A DNA stretch of 63,560 bases, filler included, from Chrysochromulina tobinii (taxonomy: Eukaryota), in assembly GCA_001275005.1 (NCBI GenBank). It is 10 parts of 10 records of this genome, joined end to end, with 100 filler letters (N's around TTAATTAATTAA, not from the genome) between each part and the next. Parts side by side here need not be neighbours in the genome. Positions count along the whole stretch, not along the records: positions 22,084 to 32,648 come from JWZX01000019.1; positions 32,749 to 38,793 come from JWZX01000020.1; positions 38,894 to 47,847 come from JWZX01000021.1; 7 more parts are not named here. One strand, written 5' to 3'. This document shows, one piece after another, positions 29,801 to 38,929 of the stretch. The translations under genes were made by a program, and so were the position numbers. The notes under the pieces were generated by a model that was not told the DNA's origin, did not search any database, and saw only the letters and a program-made list of their open reading frames with translations. Position 1 is the stretch's first letter; each line of letters starts with the position of its first letter.

Positions 29801-30929
29801 GCCGTGGTGAGCACTTGCATGCGCGCACCTCGGCGGTGTGCAGCACCGCCGGGCGTCGTGCTGAGCACTTGCATGCGCGCACCTCGGAGCATCTCATGCA
29901 GCCCCATGGCGAAGGGGAAGTTGTGATCGACCAGCTGTGCCCATAAGCTTATGGAGCCTGAGCGCGGCTGAGCGCATAGCGCGGCTGGGGCCATGAAGTT
30001 CTGCGAGACGGCGGAGGTCCACTCGAGATTGACGACGGCGTGATGCCAGCCGGCTGGGATGAAGACCATGTCGCCCGCCCCCTGCACGCACCTGTGGGGA
30101 GGCGAGGGCGCCGTGGTGAGCACTTGCATGCGCGCACCTCACGAAGACCATGTCGCCCGGCCCCTTGCACGCACTCGAGCATCGTGAGCTTGCCCGCCAC
30201 CGCGCTCCGCTGCAGCCGCGGATGCTCATCCAAGAACCAGCAAACGGGCAGCTGATGCTTTCCTTGGGCAAAGTGCTCGAGACCGTGCACGGCCATGTCG
30301 GTCTCGGGCGCGAGCATGCACCAGCGCTTGCGCCCGGCCAGGCACACGTTCCACGCGCTCGTGCACAGCGGGTCCACGTGCAGGAAGGTGCCGCTGCGCG
30401 CGCCGCCAAAGAAGCAGTAGCGCGCGCGCTTCGAGCCTGGGATCTCCGCGAGGAGGTCGTCGGCGAAGAAGGAGGGCGGCGCGAAGTCGTCGAGCAGCGC
30501 CGCGCGCTCGCCCTGGAAGCTGCGCTCCACCAGGTAGTATGGCGAGTCGGCCGCGTTGTTCGCTGCGTACTCCACGTACTCGCGCAGCGGCAGCCGCACA
30601 TCATCAGCAAGGTCCATCTCAAAGTCGCCATAGTGCGCCACGAGCGCCTCGGCGCTCGACCACCGCTCGGCTGCGCGCCAGCCCCACGCCTTGGCGGCGC
30701 CGCGCATCACAAAGGGCGTCGTACGCGCGCTCAGGCTCGCCGCGAGAGGCTGCTCCGCCGCATCCACGCGGAGCTCCTCCATCGTCGTCGCCGCCGGTGG
30801 CGCAGCACCCAGGCTATCGACAACGCGGACGGCCTCCTCGCCACGCTCACGAATGTTGTGCAGAGTCGAGCTGCCGAGCGGCTCCAGCCAGCGTCGGGCC
30901 ATCGGCGAGGTTGGCTCCGAGAACTCCAT
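26886..30929 (-). CDS. JMJD6-like JmjC oxygenase fused to a degenerate Rubisco-LSMT-type SET domain; 8 exons: 30929-30175, 30091-29883, 29781-29235, 29159-28928, 28862-28197, 28113-27937, 27767-27577, 27492-26886
   Basis: Exons sum to 3384 nt (1127 aa + stop) with consistent phases. JmjC: GTFLHVDPLCTSAWN, GRKRW, FIPAGWHHAVVNLE. SET-like: RGASLHA..GDTLLSIP, LCPLIDLAAH, AGDAISIS..FFERYGF. Confidence 0.85.
27493..27576 (-). other. Exon-echo intron (84 bp, in frame)
   Basis: 40-bp echo GTGGGTGCCCGATCA.C.GCTCGAGGCATGCCCGCTGTTC plus module ..CTCCCCACAG. Confidence 0.85.
27768..27936 (-). other. Compound intron: two abutting units 27936-27835 and 27834-27768 joined by AG/GT, three module copies
   Basis: Removal gives HTAE|VPVTPHELLAIA. 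A 67-bp tandem duplication spans the acceptor. Confidence 0.85.
28114..28196 (-). other. Exon-echo intron of a second family (83 bp; GATTGCC-repeat body, CCTCATCAG acceptor)
   Basis: TCG|GTTGGGCCGGTGGCCTCCT..GATTGCCTCTGATTGCCTATGATGACCTATGATTGCCTTCCTCATCAG|GTTGGGCCGGTGGCCTCCT. Confidence 0.88.
28863..28927 (-). other. Exon-echo intron (65 bp)
   Basis: GAG|GTACGCCCCAACGCTGCCCGCGGC..module..CCCCACAG|GTACGCCCCAACTCTGCCCGAGGC. Removal fixes the frame into the SET N-terminus. Confidence 0.9.
29160..29234 (-). other. Exon-echo intron (75 bp, in frame)
   Basis: 27-bp echo GTGCGC(T/G)AGGCTGTGCTGGCTCGAGAC plus module. The unspliced ORF reads CARLCWLET-ACMQVLTTTPSPPPHR-CARLCWLET. Confidence 0.85.
29379..29515 (-). 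repeat. 18-bp coding minisatellite (GADAHH)x7
   Basis: Unit GCTCACCACGGCGC(G/T)GAC on the minus strand. Confidence 0.92.
29782..29882 (-). other. Module-family intron (101 bp), near-copy of intron 27835-27936
   Basis: CCGAG|GTGCGCGCATGCAAGTGCTC..CCCCACAG|GC. Removal joins the JmjC frame to the MPSPPT frame. Confidence 0.88.
30092..30174 (-). other. Exon-echo intron (83 bp)
   Basis: GA|GTGCGTGCAAGGGGCCGGGCGACATGGTCTTC..GCATGCAAGTGCTCACCACGG..CCCCACAG|GTGCGTGCAGGGGGCGGGCGACATGGTCTTC. Removal restores LECVQGAGDMVFIPAGWHH. Confidence 0.9.
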
Positions 30930-31152
30930 GTTCACTATGAATACACAGCGACGCGTCGGTATCTCCGGAAAGAGAAAGAGCGGCGAGACCCATGTATGAA
31001 CTCGGGAGGGAGCGCGCCCGCCGACATGGGCGGTGGACCCCCAGATGTCCGCGCGGAACTAGGCGTGAATTTGCGAGGTTGGCGCGAAACTTCGCCTGTT
31101 CAACACAACGCGCTTCGAAGCACGATTTCTTTTTGTGAAGGTGCGTGCAAAA

Positions 31153-32648
31153 ATGCATAACCTCTTGCTGTCTGCAGCGAGCGGCTACCCGGATAGAATG
31201 GACTGCTCGCAGGCCTTGACTGTGGGCAACACCATCATGTTTGACATATCCAAAAGCGATTCCCTGAGCACGGCCTCCTTTGTCGGCAAGGCGTGCGGCG
31301 GCACGTTCACCGCCGGCGAGACGCTCACCGCGACAACAAACGCGCCAGGCCAACACCTTATGGAGCTCACTGGCGGCGCGACGTTCACTGGCGGCAAGTG
31401 CGACGGGTTGCGCATCGACAATGCTAACTCCGCGACCGTCTCGACGACGGGCGCCGGCGCCGGCGCCACGATCGCCCTCTTCCTATTCGATACCTTCTCC
31501 ATCGCGCCCAAGTTTGAGACGGGCGGCTCGTCGGCCAAGGTCGAGCGTCATGTGGCGCCGGAGCCCTTGGCGGACACTTCCGCCTCGCCGAGCCCTAATG
31601 CGTCGACGATCGTGGGCACGGAGCTCACCCACAGCCTCGACGACGGACCCGCGTTCGTCGTCTGCATCTCGGCCGCCAACTTGCCCCTGGCGGGCCGCCT
31701 CACGGCGTGCATCATCAACGACGGCTCATGCCCGAACACGATATCGCGCCCGTACCTGTCCACCGCGGTCGGCGGCACTGGCCTCTACCGCATCCCGGCT
31801 GGCAACTCCACCATCGACCCGTGCGCCTTCTACCGCGCTGCCGCGAGCACGCGCGCCGGGCGTCGTGTCTGGCGTGACTCGCGTCGTGTCGGGCGTGACT
31901 CGATGACGGCCGACGACGGGCTGCGCAAGGGCGCGCGCCAGGTCTTTGAGGTCGCGCTCGAGGAACCCTTCATCGAGGGCAAGGTCGGGGACGCCGACGT
32001 TAAGTACGAGTACTCGTTCCCGTACGGCCAGACGAATGTGAATGAGGATACGGCGGGCGGCGACCCCGTCGAGGAAGCGGCAAAAAGGGGCGGGGTGCCT
32101 CTGCGGTGGGTGGAGCGCTTCGACGGCGCACTCGTGCTGCTCGGGCTCGGGTTGCTCGGGTTCATCTTGGTTGCAGGTTGCTCGGAGCAGGATCGGTGCA
32201 GACCAAACAAGCGCTCCGCGAGTCGGTCGAAAACCAATCGCTCCTACCGTAACAAGTGGTTCGAACTGGCCTTGCTCGCGCACTTGGTCCCGCGCGTCGC
32301 CGACGCACAGAGCAGCGCCTACTTCACCGTCGCCTCCGGCCCATGCACCGTCGATCCGAGCGCCCCGAACTGCATTCGCTCGCCCAACTTTCCGTCGAAT
32401 TACGGCGTCAACGAGGCGTGCTCCATCACGTCGACCGCGCTCGCCATTGGAAGGCCCCTGACAGCGACCTCCTTTGTTACGGAGGCTGGTTACGACTTTC
32501 TCTACATGCCTAGCCACCCGTCAGGGACGTTGACGGCCTTCTCAGGATCGACCGGACCTTCCAATTTCATCTTGGGCCCGGGGACGATCCAATGGTCTTC
32601 AGACAACAGAGCCACCAGTACCGGCTGGCGAGTGTGCGTGCCGCTTGC
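31153..32648 (+). CDS. Mosaic hypothetical protein ending in a CUB-like domain, 3'-truncated
   Basis: CIRSPNFPSNYGVNEACSI..FVTEAGYDFL..IQWSSD..TGWRVC is CUB-like. Upstream segments look unrelated to each other and include internal hydrophobic stretches. Confidence 0.5.
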
Positions 32649-33656
32649 NNNNNNNNNNNNNNNNNNNNNNNNNNNNNNNNNNNNNNNNNNNNTTAATTAA
32701 TTAANNNNNNNNNNNNNNNNNNNNNNNNNNNNNNNNNNNNNNNNNNNNCCGCGCTTGCTGCTGGGCTCCTCCTTGTCCCCCACGAGGATGCCTACCAATG
32801 CGTCAGAACCTGTCCGGGAGCACGGGGATGGGGTGACGCCGCCGCGTTCAGATGCGTGAGTAAGGGAGCTTGACCTCAAGAGGTCGTCGGAGTCGAATGA
32901 GGTCTGCTTCAATATGTGCCGCCTTGGCGCTGCGTGCCGGATGACGACGAGAATACGTAGGACCGGTGACGCGGCTACGCGGCTCCGGCCGCAGGGAGTA
33001 CTTCGATATGGAGCGAGGCGCAGGCGGAGGCGCGGGCGAGCGCACGCTCGAACAGGCGTTCGAGCAGTGCGTAAGCGGGGTCTCGAGTCGGACTCACGCA
33101 AAAGGGTGAGCCCGCACCGCGAGCATACTGCTTGCGCTCCCCCCCTTTCCGAATAAGGGGCACGATTCGGGGATTCAGTGCGATCCCTTGGATTCCCGAA
33201 TCCGATTTGGAAATCGATTCTACGCCGCGACACGTCACATACCTCTTGAAACGCCGCGACACGTCACATACCTCTTGTTACCCGACAAAAGGTACGGCGT
33301 CCACGGCCCCCCCGGGGCCGATGAGTTCGGCAGTGGAATACTTTCGGCTACAAGGCTTCAACTTTGGTTGAAGTCCGCACCAAACGCGTTCAATCGCCTA
33401 TCAGTATGCATCCGCGAGCTGGCGAACCGCCTCCTCGCTATATGCTGGGAAAAGGTACTCGAGGGAGTTCCGACGAATTCTACGAATTCGTAAACTTGCG
33501 GGGCAAGGACGTGTCTGGGATTACCCGACGTCTCTGCATCGCATAGGTTCTTCGCCACCACCCTTTCTCTTCTCTAAAGGGCGGGTTTCCGCCGGGCCAA
33601 TCTTAACATTACCCATTGTACTCGTTACAACGGTGAGGCCTATTCACATACATACC

Positions 33657-34479
33657 TATGGGGTGCAGTGGGAATAATGTTCACAGATCGGGTTAATGTT
33701 CGCTAACTTTGTGACAAGTTCATCGAACATTAACCCAATCTACGAATGCTTATCATTAACTAAGAACACGCCATCCAGCGGGAAGCAAGTTAGCTGTTAA
33801 TGTTCCATGTTCGAGGTTCACCCGACCCCGAGAATGTTAACGCAACGTCCATGTCATGATTCACAGATATGTTCACAGATCACAAAAATGTAACCTTAAC
33901 AATGTTTAATGTTCATGTTAATGTTATCATAACGATAAGTCGATAAACACACCGCACAGAGAATATAACACGCAAAAGACACATAGCATCATCCTCCACT
34001 GCGGCCAAACCTCAAGGCAGCATGCAAGGCAGCTGCAGCGAGATGTGATACTAGTACACATGCATGACCCATGCAATGACCATCTCCCTCAGCAGAGCTC
34101 GTGCTCATGCTTACGCTAGAGCTTGCGCTTGCTAGGGCGCGACCCTCCTGCCTGGCCACGAGGGGGGGAAGGAGAAGCGCCGTTCGGTGCGCTTGCGATT
34201 TGAGCGCCGCAGGGCGCTCGGCGGGGCGTTCACAGATTCGTCGTCTGAACGCGCGTCGCCAGAGTCGTCGTCGTCGTCGTTGCCAGGTTAACAAGTATTA
34301 CATGGATAGGTTAACAAGTATTACATGGACGTATCGTTAACCACGAACTTGGAACATGAAACTATGAACACGCCATCCAGCGGGAAGTAAGTTAGCCCTA
34401 CGGGTTAATGTTCATGAACTCGTGGTAAGTTAGCGAACATTAACCCGATCTGTGAACATTATTCCCACTGCACCCCATA
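33657..34479. mobile_element. Non-autonomous TIR DNA transposon (MITE), 823 bp
   Basis: Perfect 53-bp TIRs (33657-33709 / 34427-34479, TATGGGGTGCAGTGGGAATAATGTTCACAG...), flanking direct repeat CATACC, AT-rich interior with recurring TAATGTTC motifs, no transposase. Confidence 0.9.
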
Positions 34480-34543
34480 CATACCGTCTCGGAACGGTAA
34501 CGAAGTCAGAGTTATTCATAGTGAGCGGAAGCACTCTAAACAT

Positions 34544-37500
34544 ATGAACTCTGATGTTCCTTGCGCAGTGATCCGCTGCGTCACCACGCTGCAGGTGGTG
34601 GGCGAAGGGGCGCTGTCGACCGCCGAATTTCTAGGCGTTCTTGCTGCTCATGCTGAGCTCGAAATTATTTGCGGCCGAGCGCCTCTGCACAGGCCTTCCA
34701 GTGTTGATGCCACATGTACTTGGTGCACCTCTCTCGATGAGATCGTCGCTCCTCATGGTGCGACCCTTCATTTTGCGGGTTCGATGCTTGCATTCGTAGA
34801 CGCAGTCATCAGCACCAATGGTGCAGCGATATCAACAATTCCTGCTGCGCTTCGATTCCTTGTTGTTGAGGCATCGGATGGAGTGAAAGCAGGCGCACAG
34901 GGTTCACCTCTCATGCAATTGATGTTCCCCTTGTGCGAGAGACTACAGTCGCTCGACGGCTTGCGTGAGGTGCTGCTCGCGCGCTGTGACGGAGTGTTGT
35001 GTAACCCCTCGCTCGAGGCGTCCATGGTGCACCAACTCTTGGTAGCAAGGCAGCTCCTGCACCCACATACCGCCACCAACCTCGCCACAGTCTTCTCCAG
35101 CGTCCGCATGCTCACGCCTGCGGCCATCGCAGCCGTGGCAATCACTTGCCTGGAACCCGCCACGGCTCACGGAACGAGTCCAGAAGCTGTGCTGTACTGG
35201 CTGGACGCGCTTGAACATCTTCTGAGCGCCTCGAACCCGCTACATCTGCCGTTATTTGAGGCATCGAACGCCCCCGCGGACGCCGCAACCAAACCCGGCT
35301 TGCGCCGAGACGTCGCGCCAGCCCTCGTCCAAGGGGGCTGCGCAACACGGCATGCCGGGCTGCCGGCCGCGTTCACTGCTCAGCAGACGCTGCACATGAC
35401 GTCTTCCGACAAGTTTGCTACCGATAGTCCTTCCGAGTTGCCAGCGTTCGAGGCTAGGCTCTTCCTGCATTGGCCGCCGTTGCCGCCGACACCGCGGCCA
35501 TCGCCGCCATCGCTTCCGCACAAGCCTCTGGCTGCAGCCGATCACGCATCACTTGACGGCATTCGGATGGCGGTTGGCCACGCAGTGGTGGCCCTGTTGC
35601 ACGGAGCAAGCCGCTGTGGCGAGCTGCCCTTTGTGCTCTCCGCAGCGATCGAGGGCAGAGTCGTATCTGCCATGGCTCCCTCGGCCAAAATCCCAAACAA
35701 GATCGCCACAGCGTCCTACATAGGTCGCCAGGACGTAGCGGTGGTGGGGACAACTGGGGCAGCGGCTGCGGCGGTGGCGGCGGCGGCTTGGCTACAGCTA
35801 TTGCGCGCTGCGCTGGCCGACGCGCTCGAGACGACATTGCTCGAGGCGGCGGACACCTCACCACCGCTCTTGCCGCTTTTAGCCGCGTACCTCGAGCCGG
35901 CCGAGGACGTAGGCATGGCGGCCTTGGATGGCGAGGTGCCCGCGTCCACCATCATCAACAAGGCCGCGCTGATCGGCGGTGGGGGCGTTGAGATGCCATG
36001 GGCCAGCCTGGCGGCCGCCCTGCCGGAGCTGCGTTTGCGGAACTCTGGAGATGCTTCGTTGCTACCTGTGTGGCGGTTCATTCCATCCAAGCTGCAGATC
36101 CTCCTCGACACCCTCAGCCTCGCTCTCGACGCTGTGGGCCGGCAACACAAGCTGATTGAATGTACCATTCGCGCCGATATGGTAGTCAGTAATGGTGACT
36201 ATGGCGGCGATTGCAGTGCAAGTGGGCAAAACTCGCTCAGCATCGCGCGGGTTGTAAGTCGTGCTGGAGCTGCCTTCCTACAGCCTCTAATTTTGGCCAT
36301 GCAGAAGGCTGTGCGAGGTAGTGGGCAGAAGGCTGTGCGACGTAGTGTACAGGTCGAACACTTTGTGTGTGCCGACGAGGTGATGTGCTTCGCAGTTTGG
36401 CTCGGATGTCTTGCTATGAACTCCCAACTGCCAAGCGTCTTCGCGTGCTTGGGAGCAGAGCCCAGCCACGCCGCCACCACCGCCAGCACCTCTGTTGACA
36501 ACGCTGTCACCTCCATGAGCGCCACCAGTGCTGCCGCTGCCGCCTCGCTGCTGCCTCAATCGCGCGAGTTAGCGCTCATACTGCCCGCTCTGGGCGACAC
36601 AGGTCGTGTGGCGTTGAACAAGTGGGCGCACGCTATTGCCACTCGCTGGGTCGCTTCGCTGCCCGTGACGCCCGCTCCCCTAGCCTCTGCCTCCGCCTTC
36701 ACCGTCGGCGCTGTGGCGCTCTCAGTCCATGACGGCGTGCAGATCCGTGGGGCATCTATAATGAGCGGGGTGGGTTCACGGCAGCACTGGCAAGCGATGC
36801 CATTAGATTCCACCAGCGGGGCTGGCGCCACCATTCCGTTGCCACAGCGATCATCTGACGCCTGCGTACTGCGCATTGGGGCCCTGCTTTCAGCCAGCTG
36901 CTACGCTGCCGCCGCCGTTGCCCAGCCAATCGCTCTTGCCACTGTAGCGTCTCACGCCCGCGCCGCCTTTGCTGCTGTACTCGAACCGCTAGTTGCAGCG
37001 GAGGCGGGGCGGGTATTTCAGCCTGATGAATCGCAGCGAATGGGGGATGCGCGTCCGCTCACAGAGCTACCCGAGAGTGCAATTCAGTTGCTCTTCGACC
37101 TTTCCTTTCTCGAGACCGTCCTTCCTGCGGGCGAAGAAAGCGCATGTGGCAGCACACTCGATGCGCAGTATCCCACGCTCGTATCCCTTGTTGGTCAGAT
37201 GGCATCGGTTTCTCATCGAATTGACCCCATTGCTCACACGCTCGTCGACAAGTCGCTCTCCCGTGCAGTTGGCCGCTCCGTCAGTGCTCTGGCGACCATG
37301 CTCCTGCCCCTGGGAAATGCCGCCACGCCCATCGCTACTTCATCAGGGGCAGGTAGCCTAACGAAGATGGGGCACCCGGAGGCGATGGCCGAGCCGCAGG
37401 CCCTCATGAAGCTACCGGCAGCGTGTGCGCGCTACCGCTACCTTCCTGTACAGACGCCGACGCTGCGCTCGAAGCAATTCCATCGCGAAACGTGCAGTAT

Positions 37501-37726
37501 CAGCACCCTCACAGGTCAGGGCGACAGCAGCATAGCTTCGGCTGTTGGTGCAGTGGATGATGGCAGCGGCGCGTCCGAGTCGGCGGTGACAGCTCTGAGT
37601 AAGGGTGTCAAGGAAGGGCTTGATCGGGGCTTAGCCAAAGTGGGGGGGGTACTCTCATCCACCACCCTCGGCGGGCAGTTCTTGGGTGGGTTTGGCACCT
37701 TTCGAGCTTCAACGATGGGTTCTTGA
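34544..37726 (+). CDS. COG1-like helical tethering-complex subunit (N-terminus not identified)
   Basis: C-terminal AIQLLFDLSFLE..IDPI..LSRAVGRSVSALATMLLPL..LMKLPAACARYRYLPV resembles the COG1 C-terminus; 1060-aa ORF. Confidence 0.5.
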   Translation: MNSDVPCAVIRCVTTLQVVGEGALSTAEFLGVLAAHAELEIICGRAPLHRPSSVDATCTWCTSLDEIVAPHGATLHFAGSMLAFVDAVISTNGAAISTIPAALRFLVVEASDGVKAGAQGSPLMQLMFPLCERLQSLDGLREVLLARCDGVLCNPSLEASMVHQLLVARQLLHPHTATNLATVFSSVRMLTPAAIAAVAITCLEPATAHGTSPEAVLYWLDALEHLLSASNPLHLPLFEASNAPADAATKPGLRRDVAPALVQGGCATRHAGLPAAFTAQQTLHMTSSDKFATDSPSELPAFEARLFLHWPPLPPTPRPSPPSLPHKPLAAADHASLDGIRMAVGHAVVALLHGASRCGELPFVLSAAIEGRVVSAMAPSAKIPNKIATASYIGRQDVAVVGTTGAAAAAVAAAAWLQLLRAALADALETTLLEAADTSPPLLPLLAAYLEPAEDVGMAALDGEVPASTIINKAALIGGGGVEMPWASLAAALPELRLRNSGDASLLPVWRFIPSKLQILLDTLSLALDAVGRQHKLIECTIRADMVVSNGDYGGDCSASGQNSLSIARVVSRAGAAFLQPLILAMQKAVRGSGQKAVRRSVQVEHFVCADEVMCFAVWLGCLAMNSQLPSVFACLGAEPSHAATTASTSVDNAVTSMSATSAAAAASLLPQSRELALILPALGDTGRVALNKWAHAIATRWVASLPVTPAPLASASAFTVGAVALSVHDGVQIRGASIMSGVGSRQHWQAMPLDSTSGAGATIPLPQRSSDACVLRIGALLSASCYAAAAVAQPIALATVASHARAAFAAVLEPLVAAEAGRVFQPDESQRMGDARPLTELPESAIQLLFDLSFLETVLPAGEESACGSTLDAQYPTLVSLVGQMASVSHRIDPIAHTLVDKSLSRAVGRSVSALATMLLPLGNAATPIATSSGAGSLTKMGHPEAMAEPQALMKLPAACARYRYLPVQTPTLRSKQFHRETCSISTLTGQGDSSIASAVGAVDDGSGASESAVTALSKGVKEGLDRGLAKVGGVLSSTTLGGQFLGGFGTFRASTMGS

Positions 37727-38929
37727 ATGCACTCACGTAAAGGCATGGCACAGTCCATCGAGGACGACTACTACGCCGCTCCACAGCCCGATCCGCGCGC
37801 GCGCGCGCGCTCGCTCAACATGTGGTCCACCGCAGCGGGTGTGGGGGAATTATGCCGTGTGCACCCAACCAGCATGCGCAAATCGCACAGCTGCTCTGCT
37901 CCCTTCCAAGCCAGTCCCATGACCGGCGCGCGGTGTAACCACTATCATGCAGGCCCTCGTTATGTGAACAGCTAGTGGGTTTCGTCATTTGGTCTGGATG
38001 AATCTTAAGATGAATCTCGACGCTGACTGAGTTCGCCCATCTTTGATAGAGAGAGAGGTCCACACCGTCAGAGAGAAAGATAGTGGGGTTAGCGACAATA
38101 ACCAAAAATCCGAATGCGCGCCTGTCCAGGCCCTTGCTGGCTCGTCCCGGACCGTCCTGGCACGAATTTGGCGGCTGATCAGATGCTCCGGCTGCGAACA
38201 TAGGATATCCCGAGTACACCGCATCCAGATCCTCATGGATGGCCACTCGTGGACGACCAAAACTGAGCTCAGGGATGCGTGATCGGAACAATGGATGCAG
38301 TAGAGGCGTCGAATCACAGGTGCGATGGACCTCACCTTCAATTCATGACGCACCTTCAGCATGTGCTGATAGAACCTGAAGCCACGCCCATTCGTCTCAT
38401 GCCCTGTGTCCCGTCAACTCAAACCGGCCTGCCCTTGCCTTCCACCAGGTTGCAGGTCTTTACCGCGCACGGCAATGCGGTGGCGGCGGCGGCGGCGGCG
38501 ACGGAAGCCAACCTGTGCTCGACACTGTGCCTTCCCAAGGACCTCAAGGTCGGCGACCGCGTGCAGGCGCGAGGGCACGCAGCCTGCGGTTTGGACACGT
38601 GCATCAACCAGGATGGCGTATGCATGCGGTGCTTGTGGAAGGTCAAAGGCGTGCGACGCTGCCGTTCGCCGCACTGCGGTGCTAAGCGCACGCGACAGCG
38701 TGTGTAAACTCACTCAACACGTTCGGACAAGGTGCGGCAGCTCCTTGTCCCCACTGATTGACATAGTCCAGCCGTCGCCGGCCGCTGGCCGTGNNNNNNN
38801 NNNNNNNNNNNNNNNNNNNNNNNNNNNNNNNNNNNNNTTAATTAATTAANNNNNNNNNNNNNNNNNNNNNNNNNNNNNNNNNNNNNNNNNNNNATCGAGA
38901 GGGAGGCTCAGCGGAAGGCTATTGAAGCG

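Noticed and set aside
27493..30174. Regularly recurring ~35-bp repeat with unique intervening sequence, superficially CRISPR-like
   Set aside because: Spacing is irregular (about 55-960 bp), there are no cas genes, the context is eukaryotic, and the repeats end at splice acceptors, so introns explain them.
27221..30631. ORF-track peptides containing CMQVLTT / ACKCSPRR / HASAHHD motifs
   Set aside because: Translations of the intron module in three frames, not a protein domain.
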